64,000 nucleotides of DNA, from the NCBI GenBank assembly GCA_046707905.1, contig JBKKDM010000008.1:3367-67366 (forward strand), given 5' to 3'. The stretch comes from Candidatus Limnocylindrales bacterium. GTDB lineage: Bacteria > Chloroflexota > Limnocylindria > Limnocylindrales > CSP1-4. A program made the position numbers and the translations under genes. This document shows positions 52,542 through 62,707 of this stretch, in pieces. How positions within the stretch are numbered: position 1 is the first letter of the stretch; every line of letters starts with the position of its first letter. The notes beneath the pieces are model-generated. The model saw only the letters and a program-made list of their open reading frames with translations, was not told the DNA's origin and searched no databases.

Positions 52542-53846
52542 GTGCCAACGAGCCCGATGGGCCAGGCGCCCGGAGCGGCGCCAGACGAGATCGCCGCGGC
52601 GACCCGGGCCACCGCCGCGACTGGATCCCCAACGGTGCCCACGAGCAGGCTCCGGCAGATCTTCGTGGCCCTCCACGAGCGCGACTTCCGGATCTTCTGG
52701 CTCGGCCAGCTGGTGTCGGTCACCGGCACGTGGATGCAGACCGTTGCCCAGGGCTGGCTGATCCTCCAGCTGACCGGCTCGCCGTTCATCCTCGGCGTCG
52801 CGGCGGCCGCCCGCTCCGTGCCGGTGCTGCTGCTCGTGGTCCCCGCCGGGATCGTCGCGGACCGCTTCGATCGCCGGCGAATCGTGATCGCGACGAGCGT
52901 CGTGGCGATGGTCGCGTCCGGGCTCATGGGCTTCCTGGCGGTCACCAATCGGATCGACGTGCCGACCGTCCTCGTCATCGCCGCGATCCTCGGCATCAGC
53001 AACGCCTTCGAGATGCCGGCCCGCCAGAGCTACGTCTCCGAGCTCATCGGCAAGCGCCACCTCGCCAACGCCATCGCGCTCAACTCCCTGCTCTTCAATG
53101 CGGCCCGGGTCGTCGGGCCGGCGATCGCGGGCGTGCTCGTCGCGCTCGTGGGGCCGGGCTGGGCCTTCCTGCTCAATGGCTTCAGCTTCGTTCCGGTGAT
53201 CATCGGGTTGCTCCTGATCAGCCGGGTCCACGTGCCGCGCGTCGGCGTCGGGGCGCGGACCGCCCTGCCTGAGGTCGCTCGTTACCTCCGCGGCGAGCCC
53301 CGGGTCACGGCGCTGCTGGCGCTGCTCGCCGCGCAGACGATCTTCGCGTCGGGGAACTACATCCTGGGCCCATCGCTCGCGGAGGACCTCGGACAGGGGG
53401 CGGAGGGGCTGGGCGTCCTGCTGTCGGCGGCGGGCGTGGGCGCCGTCGTTGGTGGGATCGGCCTCGCCGCAACGTCCGATCGAAAGGAGCGGTGGCGCAT
53501 CCTCCTGCTATCGGGCCTGGCGATCAGCCTCGGGCTGGTCGGCGTCGGGCTGACCACCTCCTACCCGATCACGCTGCTGTGCTTCGTGGTGGCCGGCTGG
53601 GGCGTGGTCACGTTCAACGCGTCGTCGAACACCCTCATCCAGATGATCGCGCCGGACCGGCTTCGCGGCCGCGTCATGAGCATGTACACCCTGATGCTGC
53701 TCGGGCTCATGCCTGTCGGCGGGTTGCTGATGGGCTCGCTGGCGACCGCCTACGGGTCCGCGTCCGCGATCGCGCTGGGCGGCGTCGCCTACGCGGCGAT
53801 CATCGTGGCAGCGTTCGCCGCGATCCGGCCCCTGCGGCGGCTCTGA
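52542..53846 (+). CDS. MFS transporter (EntS/DUF894-like)
   Basis: FRIFWLGQLVSVTGTWMQTVAQGWL, IVADRFDRRRI; 12 hydrophobic segments. The N-terminal ~35 aa and the start are uncertain. Confidence 0.75.
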   Translation: MPTSPMGQAPGAAPDEIAAATRATAATGSPTVPTSRLRQIFVALHERDFRIFWLGQLVSVTGTWMQTVAQGWLILQLTGSPFILGVAAAARSVPVLLLVVPAGIVADRFDRRRIVIATSVVAMVASGLMGFLAVTNRIDVPTVLVIAAILGISNAFEMPARQSYVSELIGKRHLANAIALNSLLFNAARVVGPAIAGVLVALVGPGWAFLLNGFSFVPVIIGLLLISRVHVPRVGVGARTALPEVARYLRGEPRVTALLALLAAQTIFASGNYILGPSLAEDLGQGAEGLGVLLSAAGVGAVVGGIGLAATSDRKERWRILLLSGLAISLGLVGVGLTTSYPITLLCFVVAGWGVVTFNASSNTLIQMIAPDRLRGRVMSMYTLMLLGLMPVGGLLMGSLATAYGSASAIALGGVAYAAIIVAAFAAIRPLRRL

Positions 53847-53866
53847 GCAGCCCCTAGATTCCGTCC

Positions 53867-54367
53867 ATGCCCCAGCCCCGCTCCCGCATCGAGACGCCCG
53901 TGGATCCCCGCGACATCGGCGGCGACTTCGCCCACCGCCATCTCGTCGAGGTTCGCCTCGCCGACACCGACGCGATGGGCCACGTCAACAACGCCAACTA
54001 CCTGACCTACGTCGAGATCGCGCGCGTCGCCTACTACGAGCAGGTCACCGGCAATGCCCTGCCGATCGGTGCCCACGGCGCGGAAGAGGGGATGATCCTG
54101 GCCGAGATTCGGGTGGCCTATCGAAGCCCGGCGTTCTACGGCGAGACGATCACGGTCGAGACGCGGGTAGAGCGGATCGGGCGGACGAGCTTCGGGATGG
54201 TCCATCGGATGACCGCCCCGGAAAGCCGCTACGGCGCCGCCCGCCTGATCGCGGTCGCCGACTCCACCCTGGTCTCGTACGACTACACCGATGAGCGCCC
54301 CATCCCGGTGCCCGACGAGTGGCGCGCCGCCATGGAGGCATTCGAGGGCCGAAGCCTGGGAGGCTAA
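53867..54367 (+). CDS. acyl-CoA thioesterase, 4HBT (hotdog) family
   Basis: VRLADTDAMGHVNNANYLTYVEIARVAYY. Confidence 0.75.
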   Translation: MPQPRSRIETPVDPRDIGGDFAHRHLVEVRLADTDAMGHVNNANYLTYVEIARVAYYEQVTGNALPIGAHGAEEGMILAEIRVAYRSPAFYGETITVETRVERIGRTSFGMVHRMTAPESRYGAARLIAVADSTLVSYDYTDERPIPVPDEWRAAMEAFEGRSLGG

Positions 54368-55629
54368 GCCTCGAAGCGGCGGAAGATCGCGACCGCGTTC
54401 TGGCCGCCGAAGCCGAAGCCGTTGATCATCGCCGTGTCGACCCGCTGCTCGCGCTTGACGTTGGGGACGTAGTCGAGGTCGCACTCCGGGTCGGGCTCGC
54501 GGTAGTTGATCGTCGGGGCGATCACGCCGTCACGGATCGAGCCGACCGCCGCGATGGCCGCGGCCGCGCCCGCCGCGCCCAGCATGTGCCCGACCATCGA
54601 CTTCGGCGCCGAGATCGCGACCTTGTAGGCCTGGTCGCCGAAGGCCCGCTTGATCGCCTTCGTCTCGGTGACGTCGTTGAGCCACGTCGAGGTTCCGTGG
54701 GCGACGATGTGATCGACCTCGTCCGGCGCAACGCCCGCCTGGCGCATGGCGTTGGTCATGGCCATGGCCGCACCGCGGCCGGTCGGCTCGGGAGCGGAGA
54801 TGTGGTACGCGTCAGCGGTCAGCGACGCGCCGACGATCTCGGCGAGGATGGTCGCGCCGCGGGCCATCGCGTGCTCCGCGGACTCGACGACCATGATCCC
54901 GGCGCCCTCGGCAAAGACGAAGCCGTCGCGCGTCCGGTCGAACGGGCGCGAGGCGCCCTCGGGGTCGTCGTTGTTCTTCGAGAGCGCGGTCATGTTCGCG
55001 AGCGCCGCAAAGGCCATCGGGAGCAGCGGCGCCTCGGAGCCGCCGGCGAGGACGACGTCGCATTCGCCCATGGCGATCAGCCGGAGCGCGTCCTGGTAGG
55101 CGATCACGCCGGAGGCGCACGCCGCGACCTGGGTGATCACGGGACCGGTGATCCCGTACTTCATCGAGACCTGGGCGGCGGCCATCGAGCCCGACAGGGC
55201 CGGGATCGCGAACGGGCTGACCTGGCCGGGACCCTTGTCGCGGATCATGTCCGCGCCGTCGATGACCTGCTCCATGCCCCCGCCGCCGGTGTTGACCACC
55301 ACGGCGACGCGGTCGCGCTGCTCCGGCGACATCGATTCGAAGTCGATGCCCGACCGGTCCACGGCCTCCGTGCCGGCCGCCACGCCGAAATGGATGAACC
55401 GGCTCATCCGCCTGACCATCTTGCGGTCCATCGTCGTCGACGGATCGAAGCCCTTGACCTCCGCGGCGATCTTCACGTCGTGGCGGGTCGTGTCGAAGGT
55501 CGTGATCGGCCCTCCGCCGGGCGTCCCCGCGTAGAGGTTCGTCAGGAACGTCTCCGCGTCGTTGCCGATCGGCGTCACAGCGCCCATGCCGGTGACGACC
55601 GCGCGACGCGCAGGATCAGAGCTGAGCAT
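54364..55629 (-). CDS. fabF: beta-ketoacyl-ACP synthase II
   Basis: VAACASG (active Cys), HGTST, SMVGHMLGAAG, NGFGFGGQNA. Confidence 0.9.
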   Translation of the reverse strand: MLSSDPARRAVVTGMGAVTPIGNDAETFLTNLYAGTPGGGPITTFDTTRHDVKIAAEVKGFDPSTTMDRKMVRRMSRFIHFGVAAGTEAVDRSGIDFESMSPEQRDRVAVVVNTGGGGMEQVIDGADMIRDKGPGQVSPFAIPALSGSMAAAQVSMKYGITGPVITQVAACASGVIAYQDALRLIAMGECDVVLAGGSEAPLLPMAFAALANMTALSKNNDDPEGASRPFDRTRDGFVFAEGAGIMVVESAEHAMARGATILAEIVGASLTADAYHISAPEPTGRGAAMAMTNAMRQAGVAPDEVDHIVAHGTSTWLNDVTETKAIKRAFGDQAYKVAISAPKSMVGHMLGAAGAAAAIAAVGSIRDGVIAPTINYREPDPECDLDYVPNVKREQRVDTAMINGFGFGGQNAVAIFRRFEA

Positions 55630-56903
55630 CAGTCTCCGTCATACCTCTTGAAGATGACCGCCCCATTGTGGCCGCCGAGGCCGATGTTGTTGGAGAGGGC
55701 GTAGCGGACCGGCATCGGGATGGTTTCGTCGACGACCCAGAGGTCGCAGGCGGGGTCGAAGTCGCGATAGTTGAGCGTCCCCGGGACGGTCTGCTCGGCG
55801 ACCGTCATCACGCTCGCGAAGGCCTCGAAGGCTCCGGCCGCGCCCATCATGTGGCCGGTCATCGACTTGGTGCCCGAGATCGCGAGCGACTTCCGATCGC
55901 GCGCCGAGCGATCCCCGAAGACCGCCCAGATCGCCTCCGCCTCGCGGGCGTCGCCGACGGGCGTCGAGGTGCCGTGGGGGTTCATGACGTCGACCTCGTC
56001 GGCCGGGACGCCGCGGCGCTCGAGGGCCATCTTCATCGCCCGCGCCGAGCCGGTCCCACCCTCGATCGGCTGGATCATGTCCCAGCCGTCGGCGGCCGAG
56101 CCGTACCCGACGACTTCCGCGTAGATCTTCGCGCCACGCTTCTTCGCGACCTCGAGGTCCTCGAGGAACAGCGAGCCCGCGCCCTCACCGAGGACAAAGC
56201 CGTTGCGCGTGGCGTCGAACGGTCGCGAGACGGTCTGGAGGGGCTCGCCCGGGCGGGGCATGCCCATGCCGCGCATGTTCGAGAAGCCGGCGTGGGCAAC
56301 CTCGAGGAGCGGCGCCTCGGTCGAGCCCGAGATCACCGCGATGCAGTCGCCGCGGCGGATGGCCTCGGCCCCCTCGGCGACGTTGTGGGTCCCCGTCGAG
56401 CAGGCCGAGACGATCGCGATGTTGTGCCCGATCGCCCCGGTCTCGATCGCGATCATCCCCGACGTCGAGTCGACGAGGGCGTTGGCGATGAACGTCGGCT
56501 GGACGCGGCTGGGGCCCTTCTCCATGAGCGTCATGAAGTTGTCGATCATCAGCTGCTGGCCGCCGGCGCCCGAGCCGAACACGATTCCGACGTCGGTCCG
56601 GTTCGCGTCGTCGATCTCGAACCCGGAGTCGGCCAGAGCCTGCTTCGCGGCGGCCACACCGTAATGCATCTCGCGCTCGCTGCGGCGCACCGCTTTCGGA
56701 TCCATCCAGGCCGCGGCCTCGAAATCCTTGACCTCGCCCGCGACCTTGGCCTCGTACGCCGCGGGGTCGAAGCGCGTCAGGATGTCGAGCCCCGACCGGC
56801 CCTCGGTCAGGCTCCTCCACGCGGCGTCGCGATCGTTGCCGACGGGGCTGACGACGCCGAGGCCGGTCACGGCGACGCGGCGCGTGTGGTCGGGGCTGCG
56901 CAC
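55629..56903 (-). CDS. beta-ketoacyl-ACP synthase (second tandem KAS)
   Basis: GTG at 56903 after AAGGAG gives VRSPDHTRRVAVTGLGVVSP. SACSTG, HGTSTPVGD, SMTGHMMGAAG. 1-nt stop/start overlap (TGATG) with fabF. Confidence 0.85.
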   Translation of the reverse strand: MRSPDHTRRVAVTGLGVVSPVGNDRDAAWRSLTEGRSGLDILTRFDPAAYEAKVAGEVKDFEAAAWMDPKAVRRSEREMHYGVAAAKQALADSGFEIDDANRTDVGIVFGSGAGGQQLMIDNFMTLMEKGPSRVQPTFIANALVDSTSGMIAIETGAIGHNIAIVSACSTGTHNVAEGAEAIRRGDCIAVISGSTEAPLLEVAHAGFSNMRGMGMPRPGEPLQTVSRPFDATRNGFVLGEGAGSLFLEDLEVAKKRGAKIYAEVVGYGSAADGWDMIQPIEGGTGSARAMKMALERRGVPADEVDVMNPHGTSTPVGDAREAEAIWAVFGDRSARDRKSLAISGTKSMTGHMMGAAGAFEAFASVMTVAEQTVPGTLNYRDFDPACDLWVVDETIPMPVRYALSNNIGLGGHNGAVIFKRYDGD

Positions 56904-56919
56904 GAAGGAGCTCCTTGGC

Positions 56920-57927
56920 TCAGGTGGGCGTTGCGGCCCGGCTCGGCTGGTCCGAGGCGCCGGGGCCGGTCGGGACGAGGAATGGGAGGTCGATGCCGTC
57001 GCCCGCCAGGACGTCGTCGAGGGCGATGGCGGTCGCCTCGGGAGCAATCCGCTTGATCAGGTTGGTGAGGACCTTGCCGGGCCCGACCTCGAGGAAGGTG
57101 TCGACGCCGTCGGCGGTCATCCGCTGGACCGCACCGACCCAGTCGACGCCTGCGGTGAGATGCTCCACGAGCTCGCCGCGCGCGCCCTCGCCGTCGAGGA
57201 TCGCATGGGCATCGGCGTTTGCGAGGAGCGCGGCGGTCGGCTCCCGGAACTCCACCTCCGCCAGGACGGCACGCAGGCCCTCGGCAGCCTCCGCCATGAG
57301 CGGCGAGTGGGCGGCGACGCTGACGGGCAGCACCACGGCACGCTTCGCCCCGAGCTCCTTCGCGATCTCGGCCGCTGCCTCGATGGCGGCCCGCTCGCCG
57401 GAGACCACGACCTGGCCCGGGGAGTTGCGGTTGGCGACGGCGAACACGCCGTGCTCGGACGCGCGTCGGACGAGCTCGGGTAGCTGGACATCGTCGAGGC
57501 CGAGGACGGCGGCCATCGCCCCGTCGCGACCCGCGCCGCTGGCCTGCATCAGGCGGCCGCGCTCGCGAACGAGCCGGATGCCGTCCGGCAGGTTGAGCGC
57601 GCTGGACGCGACCATCGCGGAGTACTGGCCCATCGAATGGCCGGCGTAGAACCGCGGGTTCGGGAAGGTCTTGCCCACCGCGGACGCCCGCTCGTTGGCG
57701 GCCACGAGGTAGGCGATGGATGTCGCGAGGAGCGCCGGCTGGGCGTTCTCGGTCCGGTTGAGCTGGTCCTCGGGACCCTCGAACGCGAGGTTCGAGATGG
57801 GCTCGCCCAGGGCCTCGTCGGCGGTCGCGAAGATCGCTGCGGCCGCAGGTGAAGCGTCGACGAGGGCGCGGCCCATGCCGACGGACTGGGATCCCTGGCC
57901 GGGAAAGACGAAGGCGAAGTTGCTCAT
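56920..57927 (-). CDS. fabD: malonyl-CoA:ACP transacylase
   Basis: MSNFAFVFPGQGSQSVGMG, AGHSMGQYSA. ATG at 57927 within track ORF 56920-57990. Confidence 0.9.
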   Translation of the reverse strand: MSNFAFVFPGQGSQSVGMGRALVDASPAAAAIFATADEALGEPISNLAFEGPEDQLNRTENAQPALLATSIAYLVAANERASAVGKTFPNPRFYAGHSMGQYSAMVASSALNLPDGIRLVRERGRLMQASGAGRDGAMAAVLGLDDVQLPELVRRASEHGVFAVANRNSPGQVVVSGERAAIEAAAEIAKELGAKRAVVLPVSVAAHSPLMAEAAEGLRAVLAEVEFREPTAALLANADAHAILDGEGARGELVEHLTAGVDWVGAVQRMTADGVDTFLEVGPGKVLTNLIKRIAPEATAIALDDVLAGDGIDLPFLVPTGPGASDQPSRAATPT

Positions 57928-58093
57928 GGACCTCTGGGTTCGGGTGATCGGCCTGATCTGGGCGACACGGGACGCGGCGGCGCGAGCCATCGGGGGCCGC
58001 GAGTGCGCCTATCGTCGGTCGTCTCGGCGGTCGCGAGCGTGGAATGTGTGCGCGCGTGCATGCAACGGCCGTTCCGCCTAGCATTCATCGCGG

Positions 58094-58651
58094 ATGCCAG
58101 CGCCGTCCCGCCGAGCCACCACCGTCCGCGCCATCGCCCGCCGCTTCGAGGCGGACCTGGGAGCGTCGGTCCTCGCCTCCGGGCCACGCATCCCGAACGT
58201 CCGCCAGATCTCCGAGCGGGTTGCGATGGGCCGGGCCCTGTGGCGCGATCTCGTCGTCGGATTTGCCTCGCAGCTCGGGGAGCTGCGGCTCGGGTTCACC
58301 CAGCTGGCGGCCCTGTACGTGCTCGCCGACGGCTCGACGACCACGGTCGGGGAGCTGGCGGAGGCGCTCGGTCGCTCGCCCTCCGCAACGAGCCGCCTGG
58401 TGGACGGTCTCGCCAAGCGGCGCCTCGTCGAGCGCCACGAGGAGCCGGAAGACCGACGGCAGCGCTCGCTGACGCTGACGCAGCGCGGCCAGGCATTGCT
58501 GCGAGCGGTCGATCGGGCGCGGGCGGATCAGTTCCTGACGACGGTCAGGCCGATGCCGACGCCGGAACGGGCCCTGGTCGCGATGGGCGTCGCTGCGCTC
58601 GCGACCCACGCGATCTCGCGCCGTGGCCGCCTGATCAAGGGCTCGCGCTAG
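58094..58651 (+). CDS. MarR-family transcriptional regulator, divergent from fabD
   Basis: LAALYVLADGSTTTVGELAEALGRSPSATSRLVDGLAKRRLVERHEEPEDRRQRSLTLTQRG. A later ATG (MGRALWRD) is an alternative start. Confidence 0.8.
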   Translation: MPAPSRRATTVRAIARRFEADLGASVLASGPRIPNVRQISERVAMGRALWRDLVVGFASQLGELRLGFTQLAALYVLADGSTTTVGELAEALGRSPSATSRLVDGLAKRRLVERHEEPEDRRQRSLTLTQRGQALLRAVDRARADQFLTTVRPMPTPERALVAMGVAALATHAISRRGRLIKGSR

Positions 58652-58684
58652 ACGGGTACTCGGTCGTCCCTCGCGGCCGCCCGG

Positions 58685-59236
58685 TCAGGCGGGGTTCATC
58701 CTCCGCCAGACCCAGGCCATCAGGAACATCAGGACGAGCGAGACGGCCAGGATCGTGCCGGCGAGCACCTTGCGTTCCGTGGACACCGGGGCGTGCTCCT
58801 CGGCTGGCTCGCCTGGCTCCCCCGAAGGCGACGCGCTGGATGGCGGCGCGCTCGCACCCTCCGCAAGGACCAGAACCTTGCCGGTCATCTCCACCGGGTG
58901 GACGCTGCAGTAGTAGAGGTACTCACCCGGCTCGTTGAACGTGTGCTGGAAGGACTGGCCGTCGTCCCGCAGGGTCGGGCTGTCGCCCGTGCCGACCCCC
59001 GAGTCGAAGATCTTGCCCGAATCCGCGAGTGTGCCGGACGTCACCGAGTGGGGCTCCCCGGCCGACGTGATGACCGTCCAGGTCACCGTGTCGCCGACAG
59101 CGATCGTGATCTCCGACGGCGAGAACTGCTTCTTGACGAGCTGGACGTCGCCGTTCGCGGCCAGGACCGGCGCGACGACGGCCCCCGCGAGCAGGAGCAT
59201 CGGGACAACGATCGCGATTCGGGCTGTCAGCCTCAT
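58685..59236 (-). CDS. cupredoxin (plastocyanin/azurin-like) with signal peptide and C-terminal membrane anchor
   Basis: GGAGG precedes the ATG at 59236. MRLTARIAIVVPMLLLAGAVVAPVLA; type-1 Cu ligand pattern HSV ... YYCSVHPVEM; C-terminal TM helix LAGTILAVSLVLMFLMAWVW. Confidence 0.75.
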   Translation of the reverse strand: MRLTARIAIVVPMLLLAGAVVAPVLAANGDVQLVKKQFSPSEITIAVGDTVTWTVITSAGEPHSVTSGTLADSGKIFDSGVGTGDSPTLRDDGQSFQHTFNEPGEYLYYCSVHPVEMTGKVLVLAEGASAPPSSASPSGEPGEPAEEHAPVSTERKVLAGTILAVSLVLMFLMAWVWRRMNPA

Positions 59237-60669
59237 CCGCAGAACCTCCGGACGGCATCGTAGAGGACGGGAAGCCCCCACCGCAGGCCCTCGATCGAGA
59301 CCCGCTCGTCGATCCCGTGCCAGCGCTCGATGTAGGTCTCGCCGGGCGGCTGGCGGAGCGGCGAGAAGCCGTACGTCGGGACGCCGAGCCGGACCAGGTG
59401 CTTGGCGTCGGTGCCGAATGGCGCCATCGCGGGCAGGGGGATCCCGTCGGGGTCGTGATCGCGGATGACCGCCTCGAGGATCGGGTAGAGGCCCTCGGGG
59501 TCCTCGTAGGCGTGGACGACGGCGTCGGACGTCACGACGATCTCGATGTCGGTCACGGCGGAAAGCGCCGGGCCGAGCCGCTCCCGGATCCGCGCCTCGA
59601 TCTCGTCGTCGCTCGTGCCGGGCAGGCGACGGACGTCGACCTCCAGGCTGGCCGTGCCGGGGATGATGTTGTACTTCACGCCGCCGTGGAGGATGTTCGG
59701 CGAGAGGGTGTCGCGGAGCATCGCGTCGAGGGCCCGGGCGTACACCGGCAGGCACATCGCGCCGAGCCCCAGCGCCGACGCGCGCGAGTCGCCGGACGCC
59801 GCCGCGCGGAGCACGCGGAGCGCCTCGGGCGGCAGGCCGTCCGTCCCGTCGAGGGCCTCGATCGTCCGCTCGAGGAGGGCTCGCGTGACGTCGGTGAGGC
59901 GGGCCGGCCACGGGGGCGAGAGCCGGGCAACCGCGTCGGTCGCCAGGAGGATGGCGTTCTCGGCGCGGGGCATCGAGCCGTGGCCCCAGATGCCGTTGAA
60001 GGTCAGCCGGTAGACGGTCACGCCTTTCTCGGCGACCTGGATCGGGTAGAGCCGCTTCGAACCCAAGTCGACCGCGACGCCGCCGGCCTCGTTGATCGCG
60101 GCCGCGGCGCGAACGGTGTCCGGCTCGGCCAGCGCGAGGTAGGCCGCTCCGGCGAGGCCGCCCGCCTCCTCGTCGGCGGCCGAGGCGAAGAGCACGTCCC
60201 GCGTCAGGCCCGGCACCGGGTCCGAGGCCGGGTCGCGACCGGCGGCCCGCGCCTCCCCTGCCAGGAGCCGCATGACCTCCAGCTCCATCGCGACGAGGTC
60301 CTTCATGTCGACCGCGCCGCGCCCGTAGATCCAGCCGTCCGCGACGTCCGCCGCGAAGGGCTGATGGGTCCAGCCGGCGATCGGGGCCGGCACGACGTCG
60401 AGGTGCGACATCAGCAGCAGCGGCGCCCCGCCGCTGCCGTCGCCACGCAACCGGGCGGTCACCGAGCCGCGGCCCGGCACCGGCTCGTGGATCGTGGCCG
60501 AGATCCCCGCGTCCTCGAGCGCTCCTGCGAGGTAGCGGGCGGCGTCGAGCTCGGGACCCGCCGGGTCCGGCGGGTTGATCGACGGGATGCGGATCAGGTC
60601 GCGAAGCGTCTCGACCAGCCGATCGTGGGCCGCGTCGACCTCGGGAGGCAGCGCAGGGCGTCCAGCCAC
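59233..60669 (-). CDS. M20-family metallopeptidase/deacylase
   Basis: LLLMSHLDVVPA, ADEEAGG, WGHGSMP. ATGA overlap with the cupredoxin gene. Confidence 0.8.
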   Translation of the reverse strand: MAGRPALPPEVDAAHDRLVETLRDLIRIPSINPPDPAGPELDAARYLAGALEDAGISATIHEPVPGRGSVTARLRGDGSGGAPLLLMSHLDVVPAPIAGWTHQPFAADVADGWIYGRGAVDMKDLVAMELEVMRLLAGEARAAGRDPASDPVPGLTRDVLFASAADEEAGGLAGAAYLALAEPDTVRAAAAINEAGGVAVDLGSKRLYPIQVAEKGVTVYRLTFNGIWGHGSMPRAENAILLATDAVARLSPPWPARLTDVTRALLERTIEALDGTDGLPPEALRVLRAAASGDSRASALGLGAMCLPVYARALDAMLRDTLSPNILHGGVKYNIIPGTASLEVDVRRLPGTSDDEIEARIRERLGPALSAVTDIEIVVTSDAVVHAYEDPEGLYPILEAVIRDHDPDGIPLPAMAPFGTDAKHLVRLGVPTYGFSPLRQPPGETYIERWHGIDERVSIEGLRWGLPVLYDAVRRFCG

Positions 60670-60670
60670 G

Positions 60671-60901
60671 TCAGCCGCCGAGGAGGTTCTGGAGGATGCC
60701 GAGCACGAAGCCCGAGAGCACCACCGCGATGACCATGGCCACCAGGAGGACCTTGTAGCGACGCTCCTCCCGCCGCGTCCGCTCCGGGTTCGGGTCCTCG
60801 CCGCCGGCGATGTATGGCGCGCCCAGCCCGCGAGCCCGCGCCTGCGTCGCGCGCGGCGAGTCGTAGGCCTCGGGGTCAGGTGGGAGCTGCTCCTCCGTCA
60901 T
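60671..60901 (-). CDS. small membrane protein
   Basis: 76 aa with charged N-terminus and one C-terminal TM helix (VLLVAMVIAVVLSGFVLGIL). The start overlaps the ilvD stop. Confidence 0.45.
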   Translation of the reverse strand: MTEEQLPPDPEAYDSPRATQARARGLGAPYIAGGEDPNPERTRREERRYKVLLVAMVIAVVLSGFVLGILQNLLGG

Positions 60902-62694
60902 CAGCCGCCGGTGATCGGCGACGGCTCCGCCACGACGGAGACCTGCGCGGCGTCCCGCGCCGCGGCCGCCGCGGTCATTCGACGCCCGGTCGTGACCGCG
61001 CCCTCGCTCGCCGATGAGACGAGGGCCGCGTACTTCGCCATGACGCCGCCGGCGTAGCGAGGTGCCGGCCCCTGCCAGGCCGCGCGCCGCTCGGCGAGGA
61101 CGGCGTCGTCGACCACCAGGTCCAGCCGCCGCGCGGTCACGTCGATCGAGATCTCGTCACCCTCCGCGACGAGGCCGATCGGGCCGCCCAGGGCCGCCTC
61201 GGGCGCGACATGGCCGATCATCAGCCCGTGCGTCCCACCGGAGAACCGGCCGTCGGTGAGCAACGCCACGGACTCCCCGAGGCCCTCGCCCACGAGCGCG
61301 GCCGTGACCGAGAGCATCTCCTGCATCCCCGGCCCACCGACGGGCCCCTCGTAGCGAATCACCACCACGTCGCCGGGCTTGATCTGACGGGCGCTCACGG
61401 CCTCGAAGCAGGCCGTCTCCGAGTCGAAGACGCGGGCCGGACCGCGGTGCTCCGTCCGTTCGTGGCCGGCGAGCTTCACGACGCAGCCCTCCGGTGCGAG
61501 GCTGCCGTGGAGGATGGCGAGGCCGCCCGTCTCCTTGAGCGGTGACTCGATCGGCAGGATGACCTTCTGCCCGGGCGTCTCGGTCGCCCCCTCCGCGATC
61601 TTCGCCAGCGTCTGGCCGTCGACCGTCTTCTGCTCGCCGTCGATCAGGCCCCGCTTCAGGAGCTCGCGCATGACCAGCGAGATGCCGCCGGCGTCGTACA
61701 GGTCGGACGCGGTGTAGCGACCGCCCGGCGTCATGTCCGCGACGATCGGGGTTCTGGCGGCGATCGCGTCGAACTCGTCGATCGAGAGCGGGATGTTCAT
61801 CTCGTGCGCGAGGGCGAGAAGGTGGAGCACCGCATTGGTGGACCCGCCCGTGGCGGCGACGGCCGCGATCGCGTTGTCGATCGCGCCGCGGGTGACGATC
61901 GACGACGGCCGGATGTCGTGCCGGACCAGGGTCATCGCCAGCTCGCCGGCCTGGCGCGCCGCCGCGTCCTTCGCGGGATCCTCGGCCGGAATCCCGTTGA
62001 GGCCGGCAGGCGAAAGCCCCAGGAACTCCATGACCATCGACATCGTGTTGGCCGTGAACTGGCCGCCGCAGGCGCCGGCGCCGGGGCAGGCCGCGCTCTC
62101 GATGTCGTACAGCTCCTCGAGGCTGATCTTGCCGGCGCGGTAGGCGCCGACCGCCTCGAACACGGACACCACCGTCAGGTCCCGGCCCTTGTACGTACCG
62201 GGATAGATCGTGCCGTTGTAGAGGATCAGGCCCGGGACATCGAGCCGGGCCAGGGCCATCGACGCGCCGGGGATCGTCTTGTCGCAGCCGACGAGGCAGA
62301 CGACGCCGTCCAGGAGGTGGCCGCGCACCACGAGCTCGATCGAGTCCGCGACGACCTCCCGGCTCACGAGGGACGCCTTCATGCCCTCGGTGCCCATCGA
62401 GACGCCGTCAGAGACCGCGATGGTGTTGAACTCCATCGGCGTCCCGCCGCCTGCCCGGATGCCCTCCTTCACGAACTCCGCCAGCCGCCGCTGGTTGTAG
62501 TTGCAGGGCATCGTCTCGATCCACGTCGTCGCGACGCCGACGAGAGGTCGGGCCAGGTCGTCGTCCGTGAAGCCGATGGCCTTGAGCATGGCGCGGGCGG
62601 GAGCGCGATCCGGCCCGTCCGTCAGGGCGTGCGAGTGGCGCTTCGCCCCATCCGTCGGCCGGTCGTAGGGGAGCCGGCGGCCGTTGTCGCTCAT
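60901..62694 (-). CDS. ilvD: dihydroxy-acid dehydratase
   Basis: ATG at 62694 ([42 protein letters not shown]). [32 protein letters not shown]. The track start at 62925 looks spurious. Confidence 0.9.
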   Translation of the reverse strand: MSDNGRRLPYDRPTDGAKRHSHALTDGPDRAPARAMLKAIGFTDDDLARPLVGVATTWIETMPCNYNQRRLAEFVKEGIRAGGGTPMEFNTIAVSDGVSMGTEGMKASLVSREVVADSIELVVRGHLLDGVVCLVGCDKTIPGASMALARLDVPGLILYNGTIYPGTYKGRDLTVVSVFEAVGAYRAGKISLEELYDIESAACPGAGACGGQFTANTMSMVMEFLGLSPAGLNGIPAEDPAKDAAARQAGELAMTLVRHDIRPSSIVTRGAIDNAIAAVAATGGSTNAVLHLLALAHEMNIPLSIDEFDAIAARTPIVADMTPGGRYTASDLYDAGGISLVMRELLKRGLIDGEQKTVDGQTLAKIAEGATETPGQKVILPIESPLKETGGLAILHGSLAPEGCVVKLAGHERTEHRGPARVFDSETACFEAVSARQIKPGDVVVIRYEGPVGGPGMQEMLSVTAALVGEGLGESVALLTDGRFSGGTHGLMIGHVAPEAALGGPIGLVAEGDEISIDVTARRLDLVVDDAVLAERRAAWQGPAPRYAGGVMAKYAALVSSASEGAVTTGRRMTAAAAARDAAQVSVVAEPSPITGG

Positions 62695-62701
62695 CGGCGC
62701 G

Positions 62702-62707
62702 AGTGTA
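62702..62707 (-). promoter_or_regulatory. -10-like hexamer TACACT 7 nt upstream of the ilvD ATG (possible leaderless transcript)
   Basis: TANNNT hexamer. No Shine-Dalgarno sequence lies between it and the ATG. Confidence 0.3.

Noticed and set aside
50116-52632. 838-aa minus-strand ORF
   Set aside because: It is antisense to copA (CPC, DKTGT and GDGINDAP motifs lie on the plus strand).
55668-57056. 462-aa plus-strand ORF
   Set aside because: It is antisense to the second KAS gene.
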